Source of the DNA: Hyphochytrium catenoides
Lineage: Eukaryota > Protista > Hyphochytriomycota
Reading direction: 5' to 3'
Assembly (NCBI GenBank): GCA_900088475.1
Contig: FLMG01001436.1
Coordinates: 59,754 to 123,753, forward strand
DNA length: 64,000 nt
The position numbers were made by a program, and so were the translations under genes. Shown in pieces: positions 26,005-38,756 of the stretch. The stretch's first letter is position 1, and each line of letters begins with the position of its first letter. The notes below the pieces were generated by a model. The model did not search any database. It was not told where the DNA came from and was given only the letters and a program-made list of their open reading frames with translations.

Positions 26005-26908
26005 TCCTCCAAGTGGTTCGTGAGGCTACTATCTCCCTAGACTCTAAGAAATTGTAACTCTCTGCTTCCTTGTATCGCAGGCCACGAGCTGGCGTGACGA
26101 CCAAGCACCTGACAGTAGAGTTCGTGCCCGATCCTCTACTGCTCTCAGTAAAACTCTTTTATATTAATAAGCTCTTGGTTAGCCCTTTATTGTCTTTGTT
26201 ATTCACTCTCTTACGATGACCTCATATCGCTTGGCTCCTTCTCATCCATCCTCTAGCTCTCTCGCACCCAGTCCCAGTCTTTCTCTCACCAGTTGCGTTG
26301 CTCTCACTGTCTCTATTCCCCATAAATATTATTACTCCGGAGTAAGATCCATCATCCTCCTCCTCCTCTCTGGCGGCATCACGTCAGGTCCGGCTCGGTC
26401 ATAACCACGCGACAGGGAGGATACACCCTTTCAACCTGAACATCGATAACAACAACAACATCAACGCATCAGTGAAGGCCGTTAGCGGTCGGGACCGTTA
26501 CTGAGAGTATGGGGAAGCTAAGAACGCCGTAGACTGACATCGCAGAGGCCGTGGGCAGCAAGGGAGATAGATCTCTGAAGCCGCATCACAGCGTGTGCCA
26601 AGCACTGGAAGGAGAAGGGAAGGGACCAGACAGAGAGAAGAGACAGAAAGAGAGAGAGATACCTGGACAAGAAAGAACAAGCGCTATCGTCGTCTGGCGC
26701 TCCTGGGTTTCCAATGGAAGTGTGTCGGCTCACGATGGACCACGATGAAAGAGTGCTGGAAGATGTCGCCGAAAAGGCATTCCAGGGTGGACGGACCGTA
26801 AGCTGGATCCTGCTCTGTTGACATCTCAAGGGCTGAGATAGAGAAGACTTGCTCCTTGCCATGCCTCCAATCTAGAGGTAATTGACCGTCGCTGCTCGAA
26901 CAAGCAGC

Positions 26909-29900
26909 ATGGCCTCGTCTCCCCCGAAGGCCAAGGTGGTGGGAAAGGGCCCATCACCGCCGAAGGCAGGAGGAGCACCGCAATCTCTGTCCTTGGGCTG
27001 GAGTGGAGACTTTTCCAACCTCGAGAGCGAGACATCAGCCATTCTCAACAGCGTCAAGAAGCCCTCGGTTGGGTCTCCAAGTCGCGTGCGCCAGCAGTTG
27101 ACGAGGGCCAAAGACACCGATAATGCAATTCGTGGCGCTTCGAGTCCGTTATGCTCCTCTTTACAATTCTATTCTGATCTCCTTCTGTCTAAGCTTCAGA
27201 AGCCCAACACCTTAGCCATGTTCCACTCAGAGTCACTCCCCTTTCTCCCCTTGCACTTGACCTGTAGTTAACCGTTATCTATCCCTTACACGCCTGCTGC
27301 CTCTGATTCTATCTCCATCTAAAACCCTGAGTTCTGTCTGTCGCCATTCCCGATTTCATGAACTCTATATCTTATATACCTTGCTACCACTCTTAGCTCC
27401 ATCCCTCATGCCTGCCTCTTAGAGTCTTTAACAATGCTGCTGCCTTGAGCTTGTCGCTTTAGTCTCGCTCAGTTTGGTTGGCGTTACTCACTCGTCTTTG
27501 CGGGCTCAATGTCTAAATCTCGCTTGGCAGGCCCTGCGTCTCCTCCTTCCAAAAAGGCTAAACCTGCTGAATCCGAAATGGGGCCCATCGGGAATAATAG
27601 ATCAGAAGTGGCGGCTCTACGAAGTACCATCGAGGTGCTCGATGCTGATGACGAGGATGAAGCGGACCTGCAGAGGGGTACGGGTAGTAGTTATCTCTAC
27701 CTAGCTTAAGCCTTCGTCCCCTCTCTTTCTCTTGGCAATACCTGCCATACAATCTTTCCATTCAGTCTATGTCATCGTCCTACGGTTCATCTGGCTTTCC
27801 TGTCGTCCTCCATTTAATCGTGAGGACTTTGTAGCTATGAGCCGTGATGAGCCTCAGGCTGAAGTCGATCAAAGTAAGGTATCACAGTACCAGAAGCTCC
27901 ACCAGGAGGAAGCCCCACTTCGAGAGCTTTCCTTCAAACAGGAAGAAGAAAGAGTCAGACAGGTAACATTGGGACAATGGCCTTCCCAGGCTTTACCCTA
28001 TCTGTGATGCTTTCGCTCTTTCTTGTCTCCGCACTTGCTCCTAAATCCTATCTCCGCTATGGCAACCATACACCTAGGCCAGTAGAGGGTTCAGCCCCGT
28101 GGCTTGGGCGTAATAAGCACCTATAGCAATCTTAGCATTCTTGGTCGTTCCTTCCTCCCAGGGCTTGGATGTCTTCAATCCTAGCAAGGACGTCAGTAAG
28201 AAGGCGTTGGAACAAAACCTTGCAGCTTTTCAGCAGCAGAAAGAGAAGCTATCAGCGTATGAGGGAGCTCAATGGGAGAAGGTTGAGAGTGAGAAGGTCA
28301 GTGGCTTCTGCTGGATTAGATATCTGTGTGGCAGGGCTATGTGAGATCGTTGTCGGTTAGGAAACTGGATTGACGAAGCTAACATGACATCCCATAGACG
28401 GCTCAAAGAATCAAAGAGATCCGCCTTCAAAGTCTTCAGGAGGAGGTGGCGGCCACCAAGATTGGTCGAGTATTCAGGGGTCATCAAGGGAGAAAGAAAG
28501 CGAACAAGGTACTGTGCACAGTAATAATGACTCTTTCGAACTCGATGTCTGGATCCTCACTGGTCTGTTGGCGCATCTCAGAGGAAAGAATGGAAGATCA
28601 GACAACGACAGGCCGTAGAGGAATGGAGAGAAGTGCGAGACAACGTGACGAAGGAAGTCTGGTACTATAACATCAAGAGTGGTGAAAGCCAGTGGGATCT
28701 ACCAGAGGATCTCAATGACCCTGATTACCCTAGAACTGATGGGAAAGAGAGACTATCGCTGCCTAAGGTAGGTCTCGACGTAGGGACTCATTGCGTAAGG
28801 ACAACGGACAGGATCAGAGTATGGGCAACCGTATGAATTACTGCTCCAGTCAGATAAGAAGTTTGATAGTGGTTCCATATCAAAGGATCCAGGGTGCACA
28901 CGGAGTGTGAGACATGAGTGCCTTGGCCTGATTCCCTAGGGAGATGGTGTCGATCCCTGGCTTTCTTCTTCTTTCCCTGGTTATCTGAGGCCCTCTTTTG
29001 TACTTCTCTGCCTCACTCTATCTCTCGATGCAGTTGGCGTCCACTGAAAAGGCTGAGCAATCTTCGCCGGAAACGGGGACTCCTAGGAATAAGGAAATTT
29101 CCCTTCCTGCTCTTCCCGTCGGCCAAGGAACCCCGAGATCAGGTAGCAAAAGGCCTCACAATGAAGAAAGATGGAAAGAAGTGGCGGCCTGAACAAAGCG
29201 AGAGGAAAGGAGCCCAGCATCATGATGGCAGGGGTCGTCACCACAGGGATACTTTATAAGACTGTGAAGGAAGCGTGTGAAATAGAAGCTGGTCTCTTCT
29301 AGAGCTACTGGACTAACCATTGTGCTGAGCAGGACGACGGCAACTATCTAGTCAAAGTGCAACACTCCCTATAATACTGTCTGGAGAGACAGCAGTTGAG
29401 GAAGAAGGATTGGAGCTAGAAGAGGAGCAGGTGAAACGGATTGCGTACAGTGCCCTCATCCTCTGACAAAAGGGCTAGCTCTTATTCTGCGTGTCCCCAT
29501 CATCTTCTTGTCTGACCTCCTCTTGATCCTTAGGGTCTCTTTCTACCTGATGGCTCTGCCAACATTCGACTGCGGGATACCATCCGCGACGCTCTGCGTC
29601 TGCACAAGTTTGACAGCGTGAGCACTCTCCTGGCCAGTGGGTTCAGGGCCAAACCGAAGAAAGAGAAGAAGCCGACTAATGGAGGTGGAGTGACTCCCCT
29701 TTTCTCTGGGGCTAAACCCAAACCAATGGTTGCGATGTTGGTAAGACTCGTCGGGAAATAAGAACCTCTGTGGGAGTCATCTAAGTGTAAAGATAAGGAG
29801 ATTTGGGTTGAACTATCAGAAAAGGAGACTGAGCACCGCGCGCGAGAGAGAATAGAGCTGGAGAAAGCATCTGCAAGAAGGAACGACTCACGGAAGCTCT

Positions 29901-32900
29901 TGCAGGTGGATGAGGATAATAAACCTCTATTACGCGGCTCACCAACCAAGAAAGGAGCTTTGGCTACGCCTCCTACCGTCTACGACGTGTCGGATCCAGG
30001 TTTTAGCTTACCGCAGAGCGAGCTAGGAGGAGAGAAGCACCCAGACGTCTGCTTCGCTTGCTGGTCCTCTAATACGAAAGGATGCGAGCTGCATACTACA
30101 GAGGGAGGAAGAGAAAAAGCGAAAGGGAGCAGCTTGATGTGCTCAAACTGGGAACTAGACGCCCTCCGTCGAAAGTACAGGGCGGAGGAACTGCAGGAGC
30201 TCTTCGCGCAGAGCAACAAGAGTATTCGTTATGATAAGAACAGGAAGGAGTTCGTCACGGTAGTGGAAGCGAGGCATCCCATATATAGAGCCATAGATGC
30301 CTCTGTCACGGGTAAGTCCTGACAGGCACTTTTTCTCTCTCTAGTTCTTTGGATGTCCTGTCTTCCTATCTATCAACAGTTTTTACCTCGCGACTAGCCT
30401 CTATCAGATCTACGACTCAGCTTTGGTCTATTGCGCATTCTCTTCTCTGCACGCTCGGACGCATCCAGATTTCCTCGCTCCTCGGCTGTCTCTTTAGATC
30501 CTCCAACAACCATGTGCCTATCTCTTTCTTAAGTATATCCATCTACTTCGCAATGTGCTGGCACTTTACATTTACTGTCTATAGATTACCTCCTCAATTT
30601 TACCTTCTCAGCTTGAAGTACTTGCGCTAACTCTCTCTTGTTTTTTGTTTACCTCCCCGTCAAGCCCTAAACAAGGCATCACGGCGGAAAATACACGCCA
30701 GGGCCTGGGTTCGCTCCTTTCTGGAGTACATTCGGATGGGTAAAGTGTCGAAGGCTTCTTCCTCCCTACAAAATCTTCTAAGGCTCAAGAGGACCTTGGC
30801 CAATCATAAGTGGTAGGTAGAAGTCCAGTATGTCTTACACTTGCCTACGTGCCGTACCCTTCCAAGAGCCATGCTCTGCTCGTCACTTTCTCTTCTAAAC
30901 GCTATGATGGGCTGTCACGACGCAATGTCAGGTGACTCACGACACTCTTGGACACAAATAGTCTCCGTCCTTATCCCTTCTTGTCAATCGGTCTCCCTGT
31001 CTCTATCTCCCTCTCCCCCATCTGTTTTTTCTCTTTGGTTGCTCCTCAGTCCATTGCAACATCGCTGATGCACTCTTATACATCGCCACTTAGGACCCAA
31101 GGCTACGCTCAAAGCGTCCGGGATAAGCATCCCAAGCCCCCTGTAACGGAAAAGGTAGAGCACTAGCTCAACTCTGCATTCCGCCTTTTCTGTGTTACCT
31201 TATCTTAACGATCTTTCCACTCTCTGTCTGTTCGATCCATGTTTCAACTTCTATCTTGGGCCTTCTCGTGACGGCCCCTGGAACCATCTGATGATCATGT
31301 GTGCCTTAGAAACACCTCTTCACAGGCTCCTTGCCCCGGTACTCGTTAACCCGCTATTTATCTATCCAGGTCATCACCTCATCCAAGCCTATCCCGCTGG
31401 AGGTTATTGTCCTGGACTTCCTTGGCGCGGACTTCTCAACATGGAAGCTCTGCACTCCGTTCTGTAAGCCGACGGAGCTTTATCGACCACGAAGATATCA
31501 ACTAGTGCCCCCAAGAAGGTAGAAAGCCAAAGGACAAAGTGGGATGTTTAAACACTGCTGTTAGATAGAGTAGAAGCACCATCAAGAGACAAGGGGAGTA
31601 CAACCCATCAGGTGGAGAGAGAGAGAGATGCAGTTGAGACGTAGAGGTGAAGAGAGAGTGACAAAGAGTCCAGAGAACCCCAAAACAATGTGCTGAATGT
31701 CTCTTGACTCACAGCATCCCTATGCCCGAGCCCTCTCTTGAGGAGCAGGTTCCTATCCCGACCAGAAACGAGATCATGGACGACTTGCTAAAGGTTCTGC
31801 CTCTCCTCTTTCCACCCCTACTGCTCACTTGCGTTGACACGTGCACTTCGGCTATGCTTTCTTCCTACATACTCGTCACCATGGCTCAGAGGAGCATTTG
31901 AGTCATCATGTCTTGCTTATCGCAAAATCACTCCCCAAGGTCCCAGATGACTTAACTATACGATTGAGATTTTCCACTCAGCTACTCCAGCTTCACACTT
32001 TCATTGGCTCTATTTTTCTTGGCACAGAGCTCCTGGATTGAGCGACTAGCTAAACGCGCGGCAATGGCCGCTGTTGAGATGTCCAAGATTCAAGTGGAGG
32101 CGTGCACTCCTCCGCGAGGCTTTGACAAGATAAATAGGACAAAACATCCGAAGCCCCTCACAGTAAAGTTTGCGTGCATCGCAAGGAAAGAGGTCAGAGT
32201 GGCATCTCTTCTCTCTCTCTCTCTCTCTTTCTCTCTTTCTCTCTCTCTCTGTCTTCCTGTTGCTTGGTCGGATCTCGGCCTTCTTGATATACCGGCCAAC
32301 ATCGTACACATCAGCTCGATTTTGTCTGGGCTTCTCACCCTACCTGCCCTCGACTCCTCAATCACCTACACTTGGTCGCGTCGATGGTTCTCGATACTGA
32401 GCCTATGCGTTTTCTGTCCCTATAGGCTCCTGACGGACTAGCCATCGGTGGCTCTAGCCTTGAGATGACAGTTAGCCAGCTCGTGACCACATACGTCCCG
32501 GCGCAGTTTGGTGGGTTTTCTGTCACTGACAAGAGAGCAGTGGCACCGAGCAAACAACTGGTAAGACGGACATCACAGCGCTCGTGTATGTCACTTCAGA
32601 CGGCAGTCATTGTACTGTCCCACGTCTTTTGCTACCTTTTGCAGCTCCTTGTGATGTCTTAGGGTGTACCTTCAGAGCAGTCTTGGCGGGCTTCTTGCCT
32701 GCCGAAATTACTGTGGCACTGTGCGAAGAAGTAAACTTAACGCTCTGCAAACCTCTGTCTGTTTCTCGATACTGCTGTTCAAGGATTGTTTCGCTACGTT
32801 CCCTACGCTAATAGTGACACTAGAGAGTCAGCTTTACATCCATCGGGAGCTGGTCCATCGACTCAACGTTCGCATCGTACCCACGCTAGTCATTTCTACG

Positions 32901-35900
32901 GCTTCCCCGGCGTCAGAGCCGAACTATCATGGAAACAATAGGCCTGAGCAAACGGGAGAAGTAGAGTATTATGGCTTCAGAACATCGGTAACCATGCCTT
33001 GCTCATCCTACCAAATCTGTTGAAGCGTTCTTTCTCTTTCTCTGCTTTAATATCGGGCCCGTTGTCGCAAAGCTTTTACTGGAAGAGGAACAGTGTGCTC
33101 GGTGTCGGACTATCTTTGTGACTAGCGGCAAATCTTCTCTCCTCAGGCCTTTCACTTGCCTTAATGCCCCTCTACATCGACTTGAAGTGACCGCATAGTC
33201 CTTTGTCATTTATACTTCGTTTCTCTTTCTATGAAGCTCTACTGGGTCGGGCTTTCCATAAAGAAGGACTCTACTCCCAGTGCGTTTACCCCTACCACAG
33301 AGATCATCTCTCCCAATCTGCCTATGTCCAACCGCNNNNNNNNNNNNNNNNNNNNNNNNNNNNNNNNNNNNNNNNNNNNNNNNNNNTGTTGTTAGCTGCC
33401 GTCAATCACGTGATGGCCATCGATCCTACGGAACTAGGCTAACACTTTTTTCTCTCCTCCTCGCTCTTCTCTCTCCGTTCAGGGACTACCCCTTCTGTGT
33501 GCCGACAAACAAGGATAATACGACCTTAGAGTTCTATCATTTGCTCCTTCTGGGAAAGAGCAGCAGGAATCAGGCCCAATGCTTCACCTCCTTGGGCCAG
33601 CAGGATCCTGGCCAGTATATGAGACATGGGGACCCTAATGGCCAGCTGGCGGCCTACACAAATGCTATTTATAGGCAAGTGCTATTCGTGTTGGACTCGC
33701 TCTGTCACCTTGGTTCTACAGCTTTTTTGATGGTCTCTTCTCCGTCGAGTCAGAATCTGTGCTTAATTTCTTCTGACACCACGTGATGCTCTTCCCCTAT
33801 GGCGCAGGAGCTGGGCCTACACCCAGGAGAGTGAGATTGAGGAGTTTGTGACGGATGATGGCGTCGCCTACTGGTACAATAGAAGGACAGGTATTTGACA
33901 CGCTGGAGTCTTTGCCTGCGACCTGAGTTCCGTTCTCTGTCGCTCTCCTATTTCCGTATTCTAATCCGCCTTCGTTCATCTATCTTTACCTTGCCAACAC
34001 TAACCGGCTGACTCCTTTGTATTCTAGGTGAGACCTTCTGGGAGCGTCCCATCGACCCTCGAGAATTGGCGAGAGGTGATGATGGGGGGGTGGACGGGAC
34101 ACTACCCACAGGAGAGAAGGAGGCGCCCACTATCTCGTCCGGCGGACAAGCGATCAAGTACAGCCAGCAGCAGGTGAGGACTTCAAAGTCAGAGAAAAGC
34201 CAAAGAAGGGCAGACTAAGGACTAGACCACGTAGATGATAAACAACATGGTAGGGCTAAGCAACAGCCCATCACGAAGCCCAAGTCATAATTGCAAAGTA
34301 GACAAAAGGCCAAAGAGGTTTAGAAGACACGTGACGCAAGAGAAAGGCTAGGGGCTAGTGAATAGAAAGTATTCGGGAAATGAGATCTCTGCCACAAGAG
34401 TGTATTGTGAAGGCTGACCCTCACATGCGTCCCAGATGCGGAAGTACATTCTGAAGACAGTTGAGGAGCCGGAGCAGGAGAAGAAGCGTCTTTCTGACGT
34501 GCGAGCTAGCCTAAAGGATGCCACAATCAAGATGCCTTCTTCCTCTTCGACTCCTCCGACTATCAAAGCTGATAAAGGGAAGACGCTTACCGCCGCTGTT
34601 CCTGAGGTTGTTGGGGACCGGTCCGCGGCCCTTCGAGCAGCATTTTCTCCGACGTCTGGTGCTAAAACTCCTGAGATGGTCCGGGCGAACGCTACAGCTA
34701 ACCCGCAAGGGGGGACAGAGGAAGAGGAGCAGGAAGGATCTCGTCCTTCGTCTCCTTCCCGCCCAACGTCCTCGGCTGCACCGCTTTCCTCCCCTTCCCG
34801 CGCACGAGCTCAAGACGAGACCAAGGGACAGACTCAACCATCTATGTCATTGTCGCAAAACAGCCCTTCTTCGCAACCAAGACAGGCAAAGAAAGAAGAG
34901 AATGGCGACCCTCTCCCTCCTCTGGGAGGTATCAACGCTGATCAACTCATGAAGTCATTATCCTCAGCCCTCCAGTCTGTCTCTACGTCCTTAGGCGACA
35001 AAGCGAAGCCTCAAGATCTCCTCCAGCTAGGCCTAGGCCTCGGTTTAGGCTTAGGACTTCAGCAGGCAGCCTTCTCAGCCCTTGCGGTCGGGGATATGCC
35101 TGTTGATGTGCGGGAAAGGACCAAGACTCCGGGAGTAAAGAACAAGACTGAAGACGATGTTGCTGGTGGAGATCCGAATGAGGGAAAGGAGGCAGTTGAG
35201 GAAACTGCGAAACCGAAGTCAGAATCAATGCAGATCACTCCGACGCCTGATGAAGCACCGCCTCCAGTAGAAGAGCCCGATGTGGCTGGAATCATAGTGG
35301 CACGAGAAGTCAAGCCAGGTGAGAGTCCCTTTTCTCTAATTTGCCTCTTTCTGCGGACGATCGTTCTATTCTTTGCCTCCAGGTACACCAATGCACTAGC
35401 TACCGATAGCCAGGGGCTCTGCAGCTCTCTTTCCTGTTAATCTAGCTTTTTGGCCGTCAATCGCTCAGTTGGCCCGCTTGTTATTTTCTAGAGTCATGTC
35501 TTACCGCCGTCCGTCCTTCCCTCTCTCTTGCGCTGTCTCCTTCTCTCCCGTCTACGTCTACCTGTCTCTCTCTTACATATCCTTCAACCCTTTCCCTGTC
35601 CTTGGTCACCAGGTGTAGACTACCTTACCCATCCAGCAGCCGGGGCTGGTGTAGTTTACCAACCCGAGAAAGGAGGGAATGGTCTTCCATCTCAAGTTCA
35701 AGTGCGGAGGACGGCGGCAGTTCTGCCCAAGAACTTCAAGGAGTCAATCACTTTGCCATCCATCGGGAGGATGTTCGTTGACTATCTACCCAGAACGGCC
35801 AACCTTGTAAGAATTCTTAGCACTTGGCCCTGTTGTCATCCTTAAAGCATCAATACTCTGTTTCATGAGAGGACCTGTCCAGTTTAACCTTAAAGGCTCC

Positions 35901-37006
35901 TCTGTAGGACTATCGCCCTCCAATCCCTATTCCATTTGGCCTCTAGTCTGCTGGTCTCACTTGGTGTCTTAACTCTCTGACTCGGTCATGCCTTATCCAC
36001 TCACTGCAGAATCAACCCAAGTCGGTCGGGGTAGTCAAGCCGCGCACTGCAGCTGAAGACTGGCTGGCTATGGGGTATGACCCTTGGTCAGCTGGCAAAG
36101 AGCCAATGCGCACAGAGTTCCTCACCTCTCTCCTCACTGTGGAGAGCACCATTTTCGCTCCTTCGGCAGGAGCCAACGCAGAAGCAGCGGAAGGAGTAGC
36201 TGTGGGAGCTACCGAAGGCGTGGCAGAGCAGAACGAAAAGATCACGCAGCAGAACAAGCAGGCAAAAGATTTGGAGACACTCTTCAGCCTTGCTAGGCAT
36301 GGAAAGTATGAAGAGATTGAACAGGTAAATGGAGATCCTCCTCTCCCCCATCTTAGTCGTCTGTCTTCCCTGTCCCCCAGTGTTATACCCTTGCGATTAT
36401 CTCTATACCAAGTCTAACACCCTCTGCAGATGCTGGATCATCCCGACGTTACCGTGTCCATCGACGCTAAGGACCCTGTCGGCAATACGCTGCTCTCTAT
36501 AGCGACACAGAACGGCAACAAGCGCATTGTCAAGCTTTGCTTGCGAAAGGGCGCCAACATTAACACGCAAAATGTGAGACAGCCTCCTCTGTTTTGTCTT
36601 CTCTCACCATTCATCTTCAACAAGTCCTGGCCTGATATACTACATCCTTGCGTTCATCGGCCTTCAGTTTCGCGTGAAAAGTGTCACGCGCAGTGAAGTC
36701 GTAATCTGTGTACTCCTGGCTCCCTCAGCGTTAGCTATTCTAACTTCACCTCTTCCAATGTCGGTCACTATTACCTCTGAATGTCTGTCTCTGGACCTCT
36801 CGATTTGGCGATTCCTAAAATATGCCTTCATTCCCCAATCTCTCCGCGCACTATAGCTCAATGGCCAGACCCCTCTCCATTTCGCCTTCGCTTATGGATT
36901 CGAGGAGCTTGCGCACTATCTGATGGAGAAGGGAGCTGATGATAGCATCACGAATGCCGAAGGTCTGACATGCTATGAGGGGCTTACAAGAGAGAGTATA
37001 GAGTAG
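26909..37006 (+). CDS. Large multi-exon IQ + WW + WW + C-terminal ankyrin-repeat protein
   Basis: IQ-like AATKIGRVFRGHQGRK (~28450). WW1 WREVRDNVTKEVWYYNIKSGESQWDLP. WW2 EEFVTDDGVAYWYNRRTGETFWERP. Ankyrin GNTLLSIATQNGNKRIVKLCLRKGANINTQN|LNGQTPLHFAFAYG...KGAD. TAG at 37004-37006. N-gap at 33336-33386. Confidence 0.8.
33675..33807 (+). other. Probable GC-AG intron
   Basis: TAT AG|GCAAGT...GGCGCAG|G AGC TGG. This phase-2 join gives NAIYR-SWAYTQE leading into WW2, and the donor is otherwise a perfect consensus. Confidence 0.72.
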
Positions 37007-38011
37007 AGAGGCCCAAGCCCAGACCCTCCAGAACTTCCAACTAGGAAGTCCGTTGCTTAACTGTGAGATCACCGTCAATCATTATCTAATCTATTTATTC
37101 TCGGCCGCATCAATGTGACCCGCGGCTAAACATACCGCCAGCAACAACATCAACTACTTTCCCTCGCTTCTTCCTCTAAGTCTCGCCACACCAAAAGACA
37201 GTACGCCAACCGCCATCTCCTTGATCTCCAGTGCACACCGATTGAGCTATCTAAAGCTCTGCACTTCCACTGCCGGTGCCCTGACCCTTGATACTTATAA
37301 GGCGTCAGACCGCCAAACGCCGCCGTGAGATCACATTGCTCAATGGCAAAATGAGGGAAAAGAGAAATCTGAAGATCTGAAGGGCCCTCTGGCGCAACAA
37401 AGATCACAGCCTTGTTCATTTCGGTCTTTCTTCTGCTTTGACATTCGGATGCCATTTGCATGCCGATCGGAGATATAACTAAGCTTTTGTTCACAATGCC
37501 CTCCGTTGGTTTCAGTTCTTGATCGGCCTTATTGACGGGGCCACATGCTATATAAGTATATGCATTTGTGTTAAATGTGGAGTGTTTTGGCTAGCATACT
37601 ATGGTCGAAGGAGGAAAGTGAAGGTTGCACAAATGAAGATTTTGCTGGGTTTAGACTTACCTCACTTCGCTGTCTAACCCACAGTGGCTCTATGGAAGTT
37701 GCTAATACTAAGGAGCACCAACATCAGGCATTAGACGCATCCTTTCCTCAGACCCACAACACTCTCTTGACCCATTGTGTTAGACACCTAATATTCTGGA
37801 ATGTGATTGATGCAGATTCAGAATAGGGGCGAAGCTAACAGTACGATTGTACATATGTTAAAGAAAGACAAGGAGAGACAGAGTGAGAGGAGTGAGAGAG
37901 ATAAAGGAGTTCTGTCTTGTCCGGGAGGACATGTGAGGAGACAGAGTAAGGACGAGATGGCACAAGAAAAGGGAAGCAGAGGAAGCTTGAGTCACCTGGA
38001 CAGGGAACACA

Positions 38012-38205
38012 AGAGAGAGAGAGAGACAGTGAGAGACAGAGAAAGAGAAATGGGGAGGAAGAGGGAGAGAGAGAGAGAAAGAGGGAGAGAGAGAGAGAAA
38101 GAGGCAGAGAGAGGGAGAGAGAAAGAGAAGAGAAAGAGAGACAGAGAGCGAGAGAGAGAGAGAGAAAGAAGAGAGACGAGAGGGGGCAAGAATGGGAGAG
38201 AGAGA
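38012..38205. repeat. Degenerate (GA)n purine tract
   Basis: Direct inspection. A CT-rich tract follows at about 38318-38500. Confidence 0.9.
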
Positions 38206-38756
38206 ATGCAACTGATGCCTTGATGTTGTTGAGAACGCAGTGTCAGAGGAACACTCAAGGCCGTTTGCTGCTGTGCTGCTGGTGGTCAAGCCAGACAAAG
38301 CGGCAGGAGTTATCGACCTCTCTCTGTTCCTCCTCCTCCTTCCTCCTCGTCCTCGCACTTGATACGAGAGCTCGTCTCCTATCGCAGTCTCTCCTCCCCA
38401 ACGCGGCCTTCCCCTTTCTCTCACTTCCCCGTACCGTCCTCCCTCATCGCTGGCAGTATTGGTCTCTGTCCCTCTCTTCTCCGTGGTCTGCCTCTCTTGC
38501 GACGCATCGCATGGTAGAAGAGTAAAAGAGGGACCTTGACGGCGGGATATACTGGTTCTCTCCCACTGACTACCTGGCGAGACAGCATCGCGGTTCAGCT
38601 ACCTTTCCCTCGTTCAAGCGCCGTTGCTCAGCGCATGGCGCAGACCCAAGTCGACAGCTGTCGTTTTCTCTCTCTCTCTTGCTTTCTTTTTATCTCTTTC
38701 ATTCACGGTCTTCTCTCTGACGCTTTACTGAGAAGCAATAGTTAGGATAGACCAGA

